Positions 49,467 to 58,496 of a stretch of 64,000 bases of DNA are shown here, piece after piece (the stretch's first letter is position 1; the number at the start of each line of letters is the position of its first letter). The notes beneath the pieces were generated by a model. That model saw only the letters and a list, made by a program, of their open reading frames with translations. It searched no databases and was not told the DNA's origin. The stretch spans positions 200,722-264,721 of the forward strand of contig CBFHTA010000001.1 of NCBI GenBank assembly GCA_965658655.1, read 5' to 3'. Origin of the DNA: Candidatus Babelota bacterium. Its GTDB lineage: Bacteria; Babelota; Babeliae; Babelales; CAIQNR01. The translations under genes and the position numbers were made by a program.

Positions 49467-50651
49467 ATGAGTACTTTTGATACATTAACTCGTTCAGCAG
49501 TGTCTGTGCTTCCTAAAGGTGAGCTTGAAAAAAAGTTAGAAAAAAAGAAAACTTTACATATTAAATTGGGTATGGATCCAACAGCTCCCGATTTGCATTT
49601 AGGTCATGCAGTAGTGTTACGCAAGATGAAAGATTTTCAAGATGCGGGGCATAAGATTACTTTTTTAATAGGTGACTTTACTGCACGTATTGGAGATCCA
49701 TCTGGAAAATCTAAAACGCGTCCACCATTAACTCCAGAAGAAATTCAAAAAAATACAAAGACCTATTTTGAGCAAGTAAGCCGTGTGCTCGATAAAGATA
49801 AAATTGAAGTGCGCTATAATTCTGAGTGGCTTTCTAAATTATCTTTTGAAGACATTGTTAAACTTCTGGCAAAAACAACCGTTGCTCGCATTATAGAACG
49901 AGAAGATTTTGCTACACGTCTTAAAGAAAACACACCGGTAGGCATGCACGAGTTGTTGTATCCTATTATGCAGGGGTACGATTCTGTTGCGCTTGATGCC
50001 GACGTTGAACTTGGTGGGACGGACCAAACATTTAATTTGTTGATGGGTCGTTTCTTGCAAGAGCAGCACGACAAAGAACCACAAGTTGTTTTGACTATGC
50101 CGTTACTTGAAGGTTTAGATGGTACTGAAAAAATGTCTAAGTCTCTTGGTAATTATATTGGTTTGGCTGAACCAGCAGACAAAGCATTTGGTAAACTCAT
50201 GTCTATTTCAGATAAACTTATGTGGCGCTATTTTGAGGTGTTGGTACAAATACCAGAAACAGATTTGCGAACATTGCAAAAAGAAGTAGCTGATGCTAAA
50301 AAACATCCTATGGATGTGAAAAAGCAGATGGCTCATGCTATTGTAACTGAGTTCTGGCCAGCGATTGATGCAAATAGAGCACAAACACAATTTGAAGATG
50401 TGTTTCAAAAGGGCGATCATTCTAAAGCTCAATCAGTTGAACTTGCAGTAGACACTAAGAATCCAATCTGGATTGTAGAATTGCTTAAAGCGCTCGGTGC
50501 ACTTAAGAGTTCTTCAGAAGCAAAACGCTTAATTGAAGGTGGCTCTGTGTCTATTGATGGTGAACAGGTTAAAGATTTTAAAGCAGAGATCTCTTGGAGT
50601 TCTGGTATGACTATTAAAGTGGGCAAGCATAGAATTTATACCTTAAGTTAA
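49467..50651 (+). CDS. tyrS: Tyrosine--tRNA ligase
   Basis: DPTAPDLHLGH, GGTDQ, KMSKS, C-terminal S4-like domain. Confidence 0.97.
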   Translation: MSTFDTLTRSAVSVLPKGELEKKLEKKKTLHIKLGMDPTAPDLHLGHAVVLRKMKDFQDAGHKITFLIGDFTARIGDPSGKSKTRPPLTPEEIQKNTKTYFEQVSRVLDKDKIEVRYNSEWLSKLSFEDIVKLLAKTTVARIIEREDFATRLKENTPVGMHELLYPIMQGYDSVALDADVELGGTDQTFNLLMGRFLQEQHDKEPQVVLTMPLLEGLDGTEKMSKSLGNYIGLAEPADKAFGKLMSISDKLMWRYFEVLVQIPETDLRTLQKEVADAKKHPMDVKKQMAHAIVTEFWPAIDANRAQTQFEDVFQKGDHSKAQSVELAVDTKNPIWIVELLKALGALKSSSEAKRLIEGGSVSIDGEQVKDFKAEISWSSGMTIKVGKHRIYTLS

Positions 50652-51685
50652 TCGTTTGTTGTGTTTTCTATAGCTTCTTTGATTTCACTTTCTATTCGTT
50701 TTTGAGTCGCGGCATCAATTGGCTTTGCATGGAAAGGAAAAAGGTTTAATCCTTTTCCTAGGTAGGGATCCGAGGTCACCCAATTTTTAGGGTTGCTGCT
50801 TTCTATTGTATCAATGATTTCCCATCCTTCTGTTTGTAATAAGTTTTTAAGAAACATAATATGGGCTAATCCTGCGTGTATAAGGAAAATAGAATGTGGT
50901 TGGAATTCTTTAGAGGCAAGCTCTTCCATAAGTCCAAGATCCATTGCAGCTGCCTTAATTTTTACAGGAACTAATTCTTTTTCTTCAGATTTGTCATCTC
51001 TATTTTCATATTTATTTATCAATAACTGTGATTTTTCATAAGAGTCTTCATAGTGAGGACTGCTTTCTAAAATTGAGTTAATTATGCTTTGATAAATTGC
51101 TATGCATCTTTCTAAAGTTAATTCCTCATTTTCATTTATTTCTCGTATATCATAATTCCTTATTTTAAAATTATGATTATTTTGAAAGCTAAAACTAGCC
51201 AGTGTTGGTCCATGTAGGTAGGCACTATGTGAATATAAAGTCTGCATAATAAGAGGGATTTTATTTATATTGCTTCTTTCTTCTTGTGAAGCATTAAGAT
51301 GTGGTTCAGTTATTTCAGGGGTTATAAGTTTTTCAAGATTAGTTTCAGGGGTGTAAAGCAAAGGATTTAATGATACTCCTTGCCAGAAATTAGATAGTTT
51401 TTCTTGCCATGATAGATTCTTAGAAAGTAGTTTTTCTATTCCATAAGCACCTTCATGATAGACAACAACTGTGTTTGGTTTTTCTTCTTCTATTTTGTTT
51501 AATTTGCTTATGAGTTCTTTGAAGAAAGGTTCTTGTTCAGTAAGGGTAAAGGTTTTGTTTTCATGTATATCACCTATTAAAATGGCTCGTTTATCACCTC
51601 GTTCAAGAGTAACAATAAGATTTGCGTACCCAAACAGGCCCGAGAAACTTAAGCTTAAAAAAACTGATATTAAAATTTTCTTCAT
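50648..51685 (-). CDS. Secreted hypothetical protein, possibly of the TIKI/EreA/ChaN/TraB superfamily
   Basis: Signal peptide; motifs ILIGDIH, VYHEG, IHAGLAH. The family call is tentative. Confidence 0.65.
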   Translation of the reverse strand: MKKILISVFLSLSFSGLFGYANLIVTLERGDKRAILIGDIHENKTFTLTEQEPFFKELISKLNKIEEEKPNTVVVYHEGAYGIEKLLSKNLSWQEKLSNFWQGVSLNPLLYTPETNLEKLITPEITEPHLNASQEERSNINKIPLIMQTLYSHSAYLHGPTLASFSFQNNHNFKIRNYDIREINENEELTLERCIAIYQSIINSILESSPHYEDSYEKSQLLINKYENRDDKSEEKELVPVKIKAAAMDLGLMEELASKEFQPHSIFLIHAGLAHIMFLKNLLQTEGWEIIDTIESSNPKNWVTSDPYLGKGLNLFPFHAKPIDAATQKRIESEIKEAIENTTND

Positions 51686-51705
51686 GATCAACCTCCATAA
51701 TCCAT

Positions 51706-51747
51706 TTAGGATTTAAATATACCAAATTAGGATTTAAATATACCAAA
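51706..51747. repeat. Perfect 21-bp tandem duplication TTAGGATTTAAATATACCAAA x2
   Basis: Units at 51706-51726 and 51727-51747, in a divergent intergenic region. Confidence 0.92.
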
Positions 51748-51878
51748 AGAGAGCTTTTAAAAGCAAGAGTTTAAGCGGTTTGAGCTTATTTACAGAGGTC
51801 AGGCTTGAGGCTGTTGCTGTGGGATGCTGGTATGTTATCCTAAAGAGTGTATCTTGGGTTTTTACAGAGAGGGTTATT

Positions 51879-52322
51879 ATGATAACTACGCTTATTAAAT
51901 TGATGTATTTTGATAAAGAAGGTGAAGGTAACACGTATTATCCGTTCCAATATTCATGTGGATATACGCTTACTAAGAAGAAAGAGACAAATATTATTAG
52001 AGCTATCATGGCGCAATGGGCAGGTATAGCTTTAATGGGTCTTGCAAAAACTTCTCTTTTTGAATACTTTTCTAAAGCAAAATCAGCGGTAAAACTTGTA
52101 ACAAAAGTGAACGGTGTATTGGGTGGGTATAGTCAAGGAGCTTTAGTTCTTGGCGCAATTCTTTTTATAGGAAGTTTGATTGCTATTTATAACATTACGC
52201 AAAAAGCCCCTATTGTAGAACACCGCTTGCCATATACTATCGATCAAGCGTTAGCTATTACAGTGTACTGGATAGGATTAATTTGTTGCTTGGCTCCGAT
52301 TGCTCTTTTATTTATTCGTTAA
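51879..52322 (+). CDS. Hypothetical membrane protein
   Basis: ATG after GAGGG; two to three hydrophobic segments. Confidence 0.6.
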   Translation: MITTLIKLMYFDKEGEGNTYYPFQYSCGYTLTKKKETNIIRAIMAQWAGIALMGLAKTSLFEYFSKAKSAVKLVTKVNGVLGGYSQGALVLGAILFIGSLIAIYNITQKAPIVEHRLPYTIDQALAITVYWIGLICCLAPIALLFIR

Positions 52323-53009
52323 AAATTCTTTTTGATTAATAGGATGTGTTTCTAATAAGAACTCTTGAATCTTGTTAAAATGTTCTTGTTGCGCATCCTG
52401 ATCTTTTTCAAATTCTGGGTTTCCATCTAAAATAAGTACCGGTACATCTTTTAAAGAGTCTAAAACATTCTCTTTGTTGAGTAAGTATCGTTCGTGTTGG
52501 TCATGCATTTGTTCGAAATATTTTAAAGGCACGGTTTCTTCACCTTTGCGGTTTCGTTGAACAGAGCGCTCAAAACAAGTTTCAGGGTTTGATTTAACAT
52601 AAATAAAGCCTTTAGGAGCAACACATTTTTTGGGAACCAAAAAGTCGAACCATTTATTATAGATATCCCATTCTGCGTCTGTCATAAATCCTTGTTCGTA
52701 GCCATTGCGAGCAAAACAATAATGCCCTGAATATAAAGACCGTTCCATTACTTTAAAAGGTCCAGGCATTTGTTGTACGCGTAAGTGTTCTTGTACACGG
52801 GCGATCATAGTGTAGGTTTCCATAGTGTATGCCCAGCGATTGCTATCACTGTAAAATCGAGCAAGTAAAGAATCTTCGTTATTGTGTTCTGTTGCCCATG
52901 CATCAACTGGTTCTTGAACTGCTTCTACATGAGGTAAGTTTTTTTGAATAAGTTTTAAAAGAGTCGATTTTCCAATACCGTTGTTGCCTTCAAGAATATA
53001 CATGGTCAC
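52308..53009 (-). CDS. Deoxynucleoside kinase
   Basis: EGNNGIGKST, EPVDAW, MERS, RNRKGEE. Confidence 0.92.
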   Translation of the reverse strand: MTMYILEGNNGIGKSTLLKLIQKNLPHVEAVQEPVDAWATEHNNEDSLLARFYSDSNRWAYTMETYTMIARVQEHLRVQQMPGPFKVMERSLYSGHYCFARNGYEQGFMTDAEWDIYNKWFDFLVPKKCVAPKGFIYVKSNPETCFERSVQRNRKGEETVPLKYFEQMHDQHERYLLNKENVLDSLKDVPVLILDGNPEFEKDQDAQQEHFNKIQEFLLETHPINQKEFLTNK

Positions 53010-53064
53010 CTCTATAAATAATCTAGAATAGAATTTAGATACTTAAAGTATAATAAAAAACTGG

Positions 53065-54246
53065 CTACACAACAATTCGTTTTAGTAATGGATTAATACG
53101 AGTAGTTATTTCATAATTAATAGTCTTGCAGTTTTCAGCAAGAGTTTCGGCAGAAATTTTTGAATCTGCTCCCAATAATGTTGCAGTATCTTTTACTTTT
53201 GCGTTCTTAATATGTGTAATATCTACCACGATCATATTCATAGCAACTCGACCAATCACTTGAGCAAATTGGTTGTGTATTTTTACTACTGCTTTATTAG
53301 AAAGAGCTCTGTCGTATCCATCCCAATAGCCTACAGAAAGAACAGCCGTAATAATTTCTTGTTCTGTGGTAAATGTTGCGTTGTATCCTATAACGCTATT
53401 GGCAGGAATTTTTTTAATCGCAATAATTTTAGTTTTCCATGTAAGGACTTGTTGTAAAGAGAAATTTTGATGAGTGTTTAGGGTTTTCTTTCTGTTTTCC
53501 AATGAAGGCCAAAGGCCGTACAATCCAATGCCAAAGCGAGCGAAATTATAGGCGGTGTTAAGCACAGAAAGCGCAGCAGAGCAGGAAAAATGCTTATAAG
53601 GTATAGCGGGGAATTGCTTAATTAATACGTTGAAATGTTGTTGTTGGAGCGGGCAATATTTGGATTCACTATCTTCTGCATCAATATAGTGAGAAAAAAG
53701 TGCAACAACGTTTAAGTTTGGTAGAGAAAGGCACTGTTTAATAAAAGCTTCTGCTTGAGTGTAATGTATACCCAGTCGAGACAAACCAGTATCAATTTTA
53801 ATATGTACACGAGCTCGAGTACTCTGTTTTTGGGCAAGCGTATTAAGGGTTTTTGCTGTATCAACATCATAAATAACAACATCAATATTGTTTTGAATGG
53901 CTTGTTTAAGTGGTATGTCTAAAATGCTTAAAACAAGAATGGGTTTGGTGATTTGTTGTGAACGTAAAAAAAGAGCTTCAGATAAACTGACTACGCAGAG
54001 ATAGTTTATTAAATTTGTTTTTTCCAACATCTGTGCAACTTCTAATAGGCCGTGTCCGTAGGCGTTGCCTTTAATTACGGGAGCAAGAAGAGTGTGTGGC
54101 GGAACTATTTGTTTGTATTGATTAATGTTGTGCAGAAGTGCTTGGGCAGAGATTTCTACCCAGGAATTTTGAGGGCAATAAAAAAGGGAAGCACGAAGCT
54201 TCCCTTGATCTTCTAAGTGGTTGTTTTTACTTGATGTTAACTGCAA
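53065..54246 (-). CDS. alr: Alanine racemase (start uncertain)
   Basis: VIKGNAYGHG PLP-lysine motif, HIKIDTGLSRLG, GYWDG, GRVAMN, TINYEI. Confidence 0.95.
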   Translation of the reverse strand: MQLTSSKNNHLEDQGKLRASLFYCPQNSWVEISAQALLHNINQYKQIVPPHTLLAPVIKGNAYGHGLLEVAQMLEKTNLINYLCVVSLSEALFLRSQQITKPILVLSILDIPLKQAIQNNIDVVIYDVDTAKTLNTLAQKQSTRARVHIKIDTGLSRLGIHYTQAEAFIKQCLSLPNLNVVALFSHYIDAEDSESKYCPLQQQHFNVLIKQFPAIPYKHFSCSAALSVLNTAYNFARFGIGLYGLWPSLENRKKTLNTHQNFSLQQVLTWKTKIIAIKKIPANSVIGYNATFTTEQEIITAVLSVGYWDGYDRALSNKAVVKIHNQFAQVIGRVAMNMIVVDITHIKNAKVKDTATLLGADSKISAETLAENCKTINYEITTRINPLLKRIVV

Positions 54247-54880
54247 CTTTGCGGACTTCCTTTTCAGGTGTTGGTTTCTTTGGAATTACAATTGTGAGAG
54301 TTTTGTCTGCTTTTGTAAAATCTGCAGAAAGTTTTTCTAGTTCTAGTTGGTCAAAGATGGTGCGTTGTATTACAGAGCTTTGAACCGCATTGCTTTCGGT
54401 TGAAGCGTCCTTGGTTACTTCTTCTCTATAGCCAATAATTTGAGCAACTAAAAGATTTCGATTAATGCTTCCAGAAATTTCAACACTGTTACCAGCATCT
54501 TTCATTTCGACTTTAAAAGTGTTATCTGTAACGGTGATGTTTGCATCTTTATTAGGTGTAATTTCACCAATTTGAGCGCTGATGAGTACTTTTTTTTCTT
54601 CATCCTTTACAAAGATGCTTGAGCGTTGGCTAGGAGATTCAAGAGCGTTTTTAACGCGTCCGGCACGGTGGCCAGCTTCTGTCCAGAGATCGTCAATTTC
54701 TTTCACAAACGATTCACCAAAGTTTGTGACTTCATTACCAACAGTTTTCATTTCTTCGCTAACTTTGTCCATCTCGTTGGCAATGCGGCGAAAAAGATCG
54801 CTTGGTTTGGCGGGTTGGGGCTCCTTGCCAATCGCTTGAGAAGCTAAAAGAAACAGAGAAAGTGAAAGTGTTTTTTTCAT
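54227..54880 (-). CDS. Hsp20/alpha-crystallin-like protein with signal peptide
   Basis: MKKTLSLSLFLLASQAIG-KE; C-terminal KLSADF...TLTIVIPK...RKVAV matches the ACD terminal strands and the IxI/V motif. Confidence 0.65.
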   Translation of the reverse strand: MKKTLSLSLFLLASQAIGKEPQPAKPSDLFRRIANEMDKVSEEMKTVGNEVTNFGESFVKEIDDLWTEAGHRAGRVKNALESPSQRSSIFVKDEEKKVLISAQIGEITPNKDANITVTDNTFKVEMKDAGNSVEISGSINRNLLVAQIIGYREEVTKDASTESNAVQSSVIQRTIFDQLELEKLSADFTKADKTLTIVIPKKPTPEKEVRKVAVNIK

Positions 54881-54962
54881 AATGAATCCTCCTGAAAGAG
54901 TTAGTCATATGTTTCATCGAGGCAGTATACTCTTGTGTTCTTAAAATGCAACTGGGTGAATA

Positions 54963-55424
54963 TTACTGCTTTTCTTTGAACGGAATGGTGATTACTAGGC
55001 AATGATCATTACCTTCTTCAATTTCATATGTAGGTTGATATATAGATGGATCTTGTGGTAAAAAAGTGTGCATACCAACAGGTCCATTGATTCCTAAGGG
55101 ATGTTGCTCGCTAGGGAATGTGGAATAATTGGTAACTATTTTGTTCTGTGGTGCTAACCATTTGCAGCTAACAAAATATATAGTTCCAACTTCTAGTGCG
55201 AAGGCATTGAGATAATTACCGACTTCTTTAATTTGAGTGTCTTTTATACTCTCATAGCAATTTATTTTTATGACTGCCCCTTTATTTGTTACTTTGTGTG
55301 AGCAGACAACATGATTATTTCTAATATAGCATCCAGGAGTACCCGGTTTTGCGATATTAACGGTTGAATCTGCAGCTTCTAATAAAGGAAGAAGCAAAAG
55401 AATGACTAATATTTTTTTTATCAT
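54963..55424 (-). CDS. Small secreted hypothetical protein
   Basis: Signal peptide MIKKILVILLLLPLLEA; C-terminus CLVITIP. Confidence 0.7.
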   Translation of the reverse strand: MIKKILVILLLLPLLEAADSTVNIAKPGTPGCYIRNNHVVCSHKVTNKGAVIKINCYESIKDTQIKEVGNYLNAFALEVGTIYFVSCKWLAPQNKIVTNYSTFPSEQHPLGINGPVGMHTFLPQDPSIYQPTYEIEEGNDHCLVITIPFKEKQ

Positions 55425-55496
55425 GAGTTTTCTTATTAGAGTTAATTATACATTTTATTAAGTCAGCACATTTTTTAGGATTAAAATATAACATGG

Positions 55497-55970
55497 TCAC
55501 TTGAAGTATCTTGAAATATCCGTTTTTTGGGTTCCTGGTATAACAAGAATATATTTATTGTTAGAGAGAAGTTTATGGGAAGCTTTAACATCAAAAAAAT
55601 TGCCTTCTACGCGAGGGGGTATCTCTAGTATGTTTTCTTGATCTGCAGGATTTAGTTTTTGTTTAAAATCAATCCTGTTTTGAAAAAAATAATTTAATTG
55701 GGCGACAATGCTACCATCTGCATGAATATTATAAACATTTCCGTCAGTTTCTCCGTTTGGGCCCGATAAAAAAGGACCTTTTTTTGAAGTAACGATGACT
55801 TTGAGATAACTGAGTCTATCTGTGTAGCATTCAAGTTTATAGTCTTCTCCATTATAGGATCCATAGAAAGGGGTTTCTGGTCTAGGGCATGCACTATATG
55901 ACAAAGAAAAAATAAATAAAGAGAAGAGAAATGGTTTTTTCAAAAGAATACCTTTATGCGAATTATTCAA
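55497..55970 (-). CDS. Small secreted hypothetical protein (start uncertain)
   Basis: KKPFLFSLFIFSLSYSA-C signal-like region; C-terminus YILVIP. Confidence 0.65.
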   Translation of the reverse strand: MNNSHKGILLKKPFLFSLFIFSLSYSACPRPETPFYGSYNGEDYKLECYTDRLSYLKVIVTSKKGPFLSGPNGETDGNVYNIHADGSIVAQLNYFFQNRIDFKQKLNPADQENILEIPPRVEGNFFDVKASHKLLSNNKYILVIPGTQKTDISRYFK

Positions 55971-56018
55971 AAATTTTGATCTATGATATACTAAAAAGTA
56001 CTAATTAGAAAGGATATC

Positions 56019-56756
56019 ATGGCAAAAACATTCAAGAAAAAGACAGTTTTAAGCGAGGTAGTATACGGAGTTCATCCGGTTGTTGAACTTTTAAGGCAGA
56101 AACGCCGAAAGGTTCTTGATCTATTTATGCTTAATCCTGAGCCTAAAGCTTGGATGGAAATTCGTGATATGCTGCCTAAGTATCCAATTCGAATCCATAA
56201 AATGCCTAAGGAAGCGCTTTCTCAGCGATTAGGAACGACAGATCATCAAGGGATTGGTGCATTTGTACAGCCGTTTCCTTTCAGGAAAAAGTTCTTTGAG
56301 CCTAAAAAACAGCCATTTTTACTTCTTTTAGACGGTGTTCAAGATGTTAGGAACTTTGGTGCAATTGTTCGTTCAGCTTATTGCACGGGCGTTGATGGCA
56401 TTATTGTTTGTAAAAGAAAAGGTGCTCCTTTAAGTGGTGCAAGCTTAAAAGCTTCTGCTGGGCTTGTTGAACGTATGGAGATTTACCAATCTTCATCAAT
56501 TAACAATGCGCTTCAAGAGCTTAAAGAAGCTGGATACAATTTATATGTTGCAGCTCTTTCTAAAAAAGCGAATGCTTTTACTCAAGACTATAAAAAACCA
56601 CTTTGTTTGGTAATTGGTTCAGAAGGAACTGGTGTTTCTCCTGCAACTCTCAAAGCAGGAACGATTATCACGCTGCCACAAAAAGCAAAAGATGTTTCTT
56701 ATAACGCTTCTGTAGCTGCTGGAATTTTACTTTCTGTTATTGGTCAACAGAGTTAA
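56019..56756 (+). CDS. rlmB: 23S rRNA 2'-O-methyltransferase RlmB-like (SPOUT)
   Basis: YGVHPV, HQG, NFGAIVRSA, IGSEGTG, SYNASVA. Confidence 0.85.
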   Translation: MAKTFKKKTVLSEVVYGVHPVVELLRQKRRKVLDLFMLNPEPKAWMEIRDMLPKYPIRIHKMPKEALSQRLGTTDHQGIGAFVQPFPFRKKFFEPKKQPFLLLLDGVQDVRNFGAIVRSAYCTGVDGIIVCKRKGAPLSGASLKASAGLVERMEIYQSSSINNALQELKEAGYNLYVAALSKKANAFTQDYKKPLCLVIGSEGTGVSPATLKAGTIITLPQKAKDVSYNASVAAGILLSVIGQQS

Positions 56757-57109
56757 TACCATTTCTGTGGGAAGTAAGTTTTAAGTTCTGTTCTATTATG
56801 AAAAAAGGTTATTTTTGTTTTATAATAATCAGGATTAACGAGCAAAAAGTTGCCAGAGGTATTATTAATTAAGTGGTTAAAAAACACTTTACCATCTTGG
56901 CCTTCTACTTTTAATCCACCTCCTTCTGTACAAACATAATCTTTGCTTCTTTGTATTCGAATCTTTTCTTCTGAAGGTTCTTTCCCATAGAAAGTAAAGG
57001 TATTGGTATGGCTAGCTACAAAACCATTACGATCTAATTTGTTGAACGTTGATGAATGCCATAAAGATGAGCAAATTAGTGCTGCAATTGTAGCTCCTAA
57101 TACTTTCAT
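56753..57109 (-). CDS. Small secreted hypothetical protein
   Basis: Hydrophobic N-terminus; co-oriented with its upstream neighbour, 13-bp gap. Confidence 0.6.
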   Translation of the reverse strand: MKVLGATIAALICSSLWHSSTFNKLDRNGFVASHTNTFTFYGKEPSEEKIRIQRSKDYVCTEGGGLKVEGQDGKVFFNHLINNTSGNFLLVNPDYYKTKITFFHNRTELKTYFPQKWY

Positions 57110-57122
57110 AAGAGCCTTTTAA

Positions 57123-57569
57123 TTAGTTAGATTTTATAAGTGGAATAGTCAAAAATAATGTATGTGCATCTACTACAAAAAACATAATCTTTTCTAAGTC
57201 TAGTTTGTGCATAGGTATATAAGGTGCTCCAAAGGCTTTAGAAGATATGTCTTTAGGGTATGGGGTATCTGTTTGCAATAAGGCCACAGTAAAACACTGA
57301 CGTGGGCCCGAAAAGCCATTGACTATAAACTGGGTATTATCGCGAGAGTTGGTGATTGCTATTTCAAAGTACTGATCTTTGAGATTAGTGTTAAGTTTAA
57401 TGTCTGAGCATCGAAGATCTGTATCATTAATAGTGAACATAAGCGCAATGGTTTGTCTTCCATCTCTATCATCATACCCCCATTTTGTTTTATCGTGCGC
57501 AAATAAGGTGCTTCCAAGAAAAAAAGGCAGAAAAAATGCTAGAAAAAGAGATCGGTAGTGTTTGAACAT
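57123..57569 (-). CDS. Small secreted hypothetical protein
   Basis: Signal peptide ending STLFA-HD; C-terminus TLFLTIP. Confidence 0.7.
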   Translation of the reverse strand: MFKHYRSLFLAFFLPFFLGSTLFAHDKTKWGYDDRDGRQTIALMFTINDTDLRCSDIKLNTNLKDQYFEIAITNSRDNTQFIVNGFSGPRQCFTVALLQTDTPYPKDISSKAFGAPYIPMHKLDLEKIMFFVVDAHTLFLTIPLIKSN

Positions 57570-57758
57570 CTGTATAATCCTTAGATTTTGTATCGTTAAA
57601 ATATCAAACTGCCTTGTAGATGGTAATACAGATTATCATAATCTGAGAATATTGGCAGACTTAAGGTTTTGCTTTTCTCCCCCTTAAATTATTGACTAAT
57701 GTGAATCAAAACCTGTAAAAATAAAGGATAGGGTTTATGTTAGAAATTAGGGGAAAGT

Positions 57759-58496
57759 GTGAAGAAGTTCAGGGGCGTTGTTCAACTTACAGTTCTTTTT
57801 TTTATCTGCTGGGGTGTGCGCGGTTCTATTAAAAAAAGATATGCCGCTCCTTTGCCTAAAAAAATTTCAGTACACTTAGACGCTCATTTTTCAAAAGAAT
57901 TCAAAAACAAGGTGCAAGCGTTTGCCCATGAACATCAAAAGGTCTCGCTTTCTGCCAATTTGTTAAGTGAGTTGATTAAAGAAACGTTTCCGGTTGTTGA
58001 ATCGGTAACCCTTAGAAATTATTTGTCTGATCACGTTAAAGTTGTTTTAAGGGGTGGGCATCCGGTTGCATTGGTTAATGAAGATCTAGTGTTGGCGAGT
58101 AATAATGCGTTGGTATACCGTAGTGTTTATCCGTCTGAAAAATATAAAAATTTGCCTTTTTTGCATGTTGCTCAGTCTTCAAAAGATAAAAAACAGCTTT
58201 ACCTTTCAGATGCCTGTAAAAAATTTATCAAAACGTTTGACCGTTCTTTGTTGCAAGAGTACGAAATGCAATGGATCAATGAAACGTTGATTCAATTGCG
58301 AGACCGTAAGCATCAAAAGCTTACTTTATTGATAGACGTACAAACCGAAGTAACAGATGAGGTTAAAGCAGCATATGGGCGTATACGAGATAAAAAATTG
58401 CACCAACAAGCTAAGCTTAAAAGGGGGCGTGGCTGGTTTGTTGATGCTCGGTTTAGGAATCAAATGATAGTCTTTCTAAGGGGGGAAAAGGTATGA
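57759..58496 (+). CDS. ftsQ: Divergent FtsQ/DivIB-like cell division protein
   Basis: Directly upstream of ftsA (ATGA overlap); N-terminal TM, POTRA-like FPVVESVTLR, C-terminal VDARFRNQ resembling the DLRY motif. Confidence 0.65.
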   Translation: MKKFRGVVQLTVLFFICWGVRGSIKKRYAAPLPKKISVHLDAHFSKEFKNKVQAFAHEHQKVSLSANLLSELIKETFPVVESVTLRNYLSDHVKVVLRGGHPVALVNEDLVLASNNALVYRSVYPSEKYKNLPFLHVAQSSKDKKQLYLSDACKKFIKTFDRSLLQEYEMQWINETLIQLRDRKHQKLTLLIDVQTEVTDEVKAAYGRIRDKKLHQQAKLKRGRGWFVDARFRNQMIVFLRGEKV

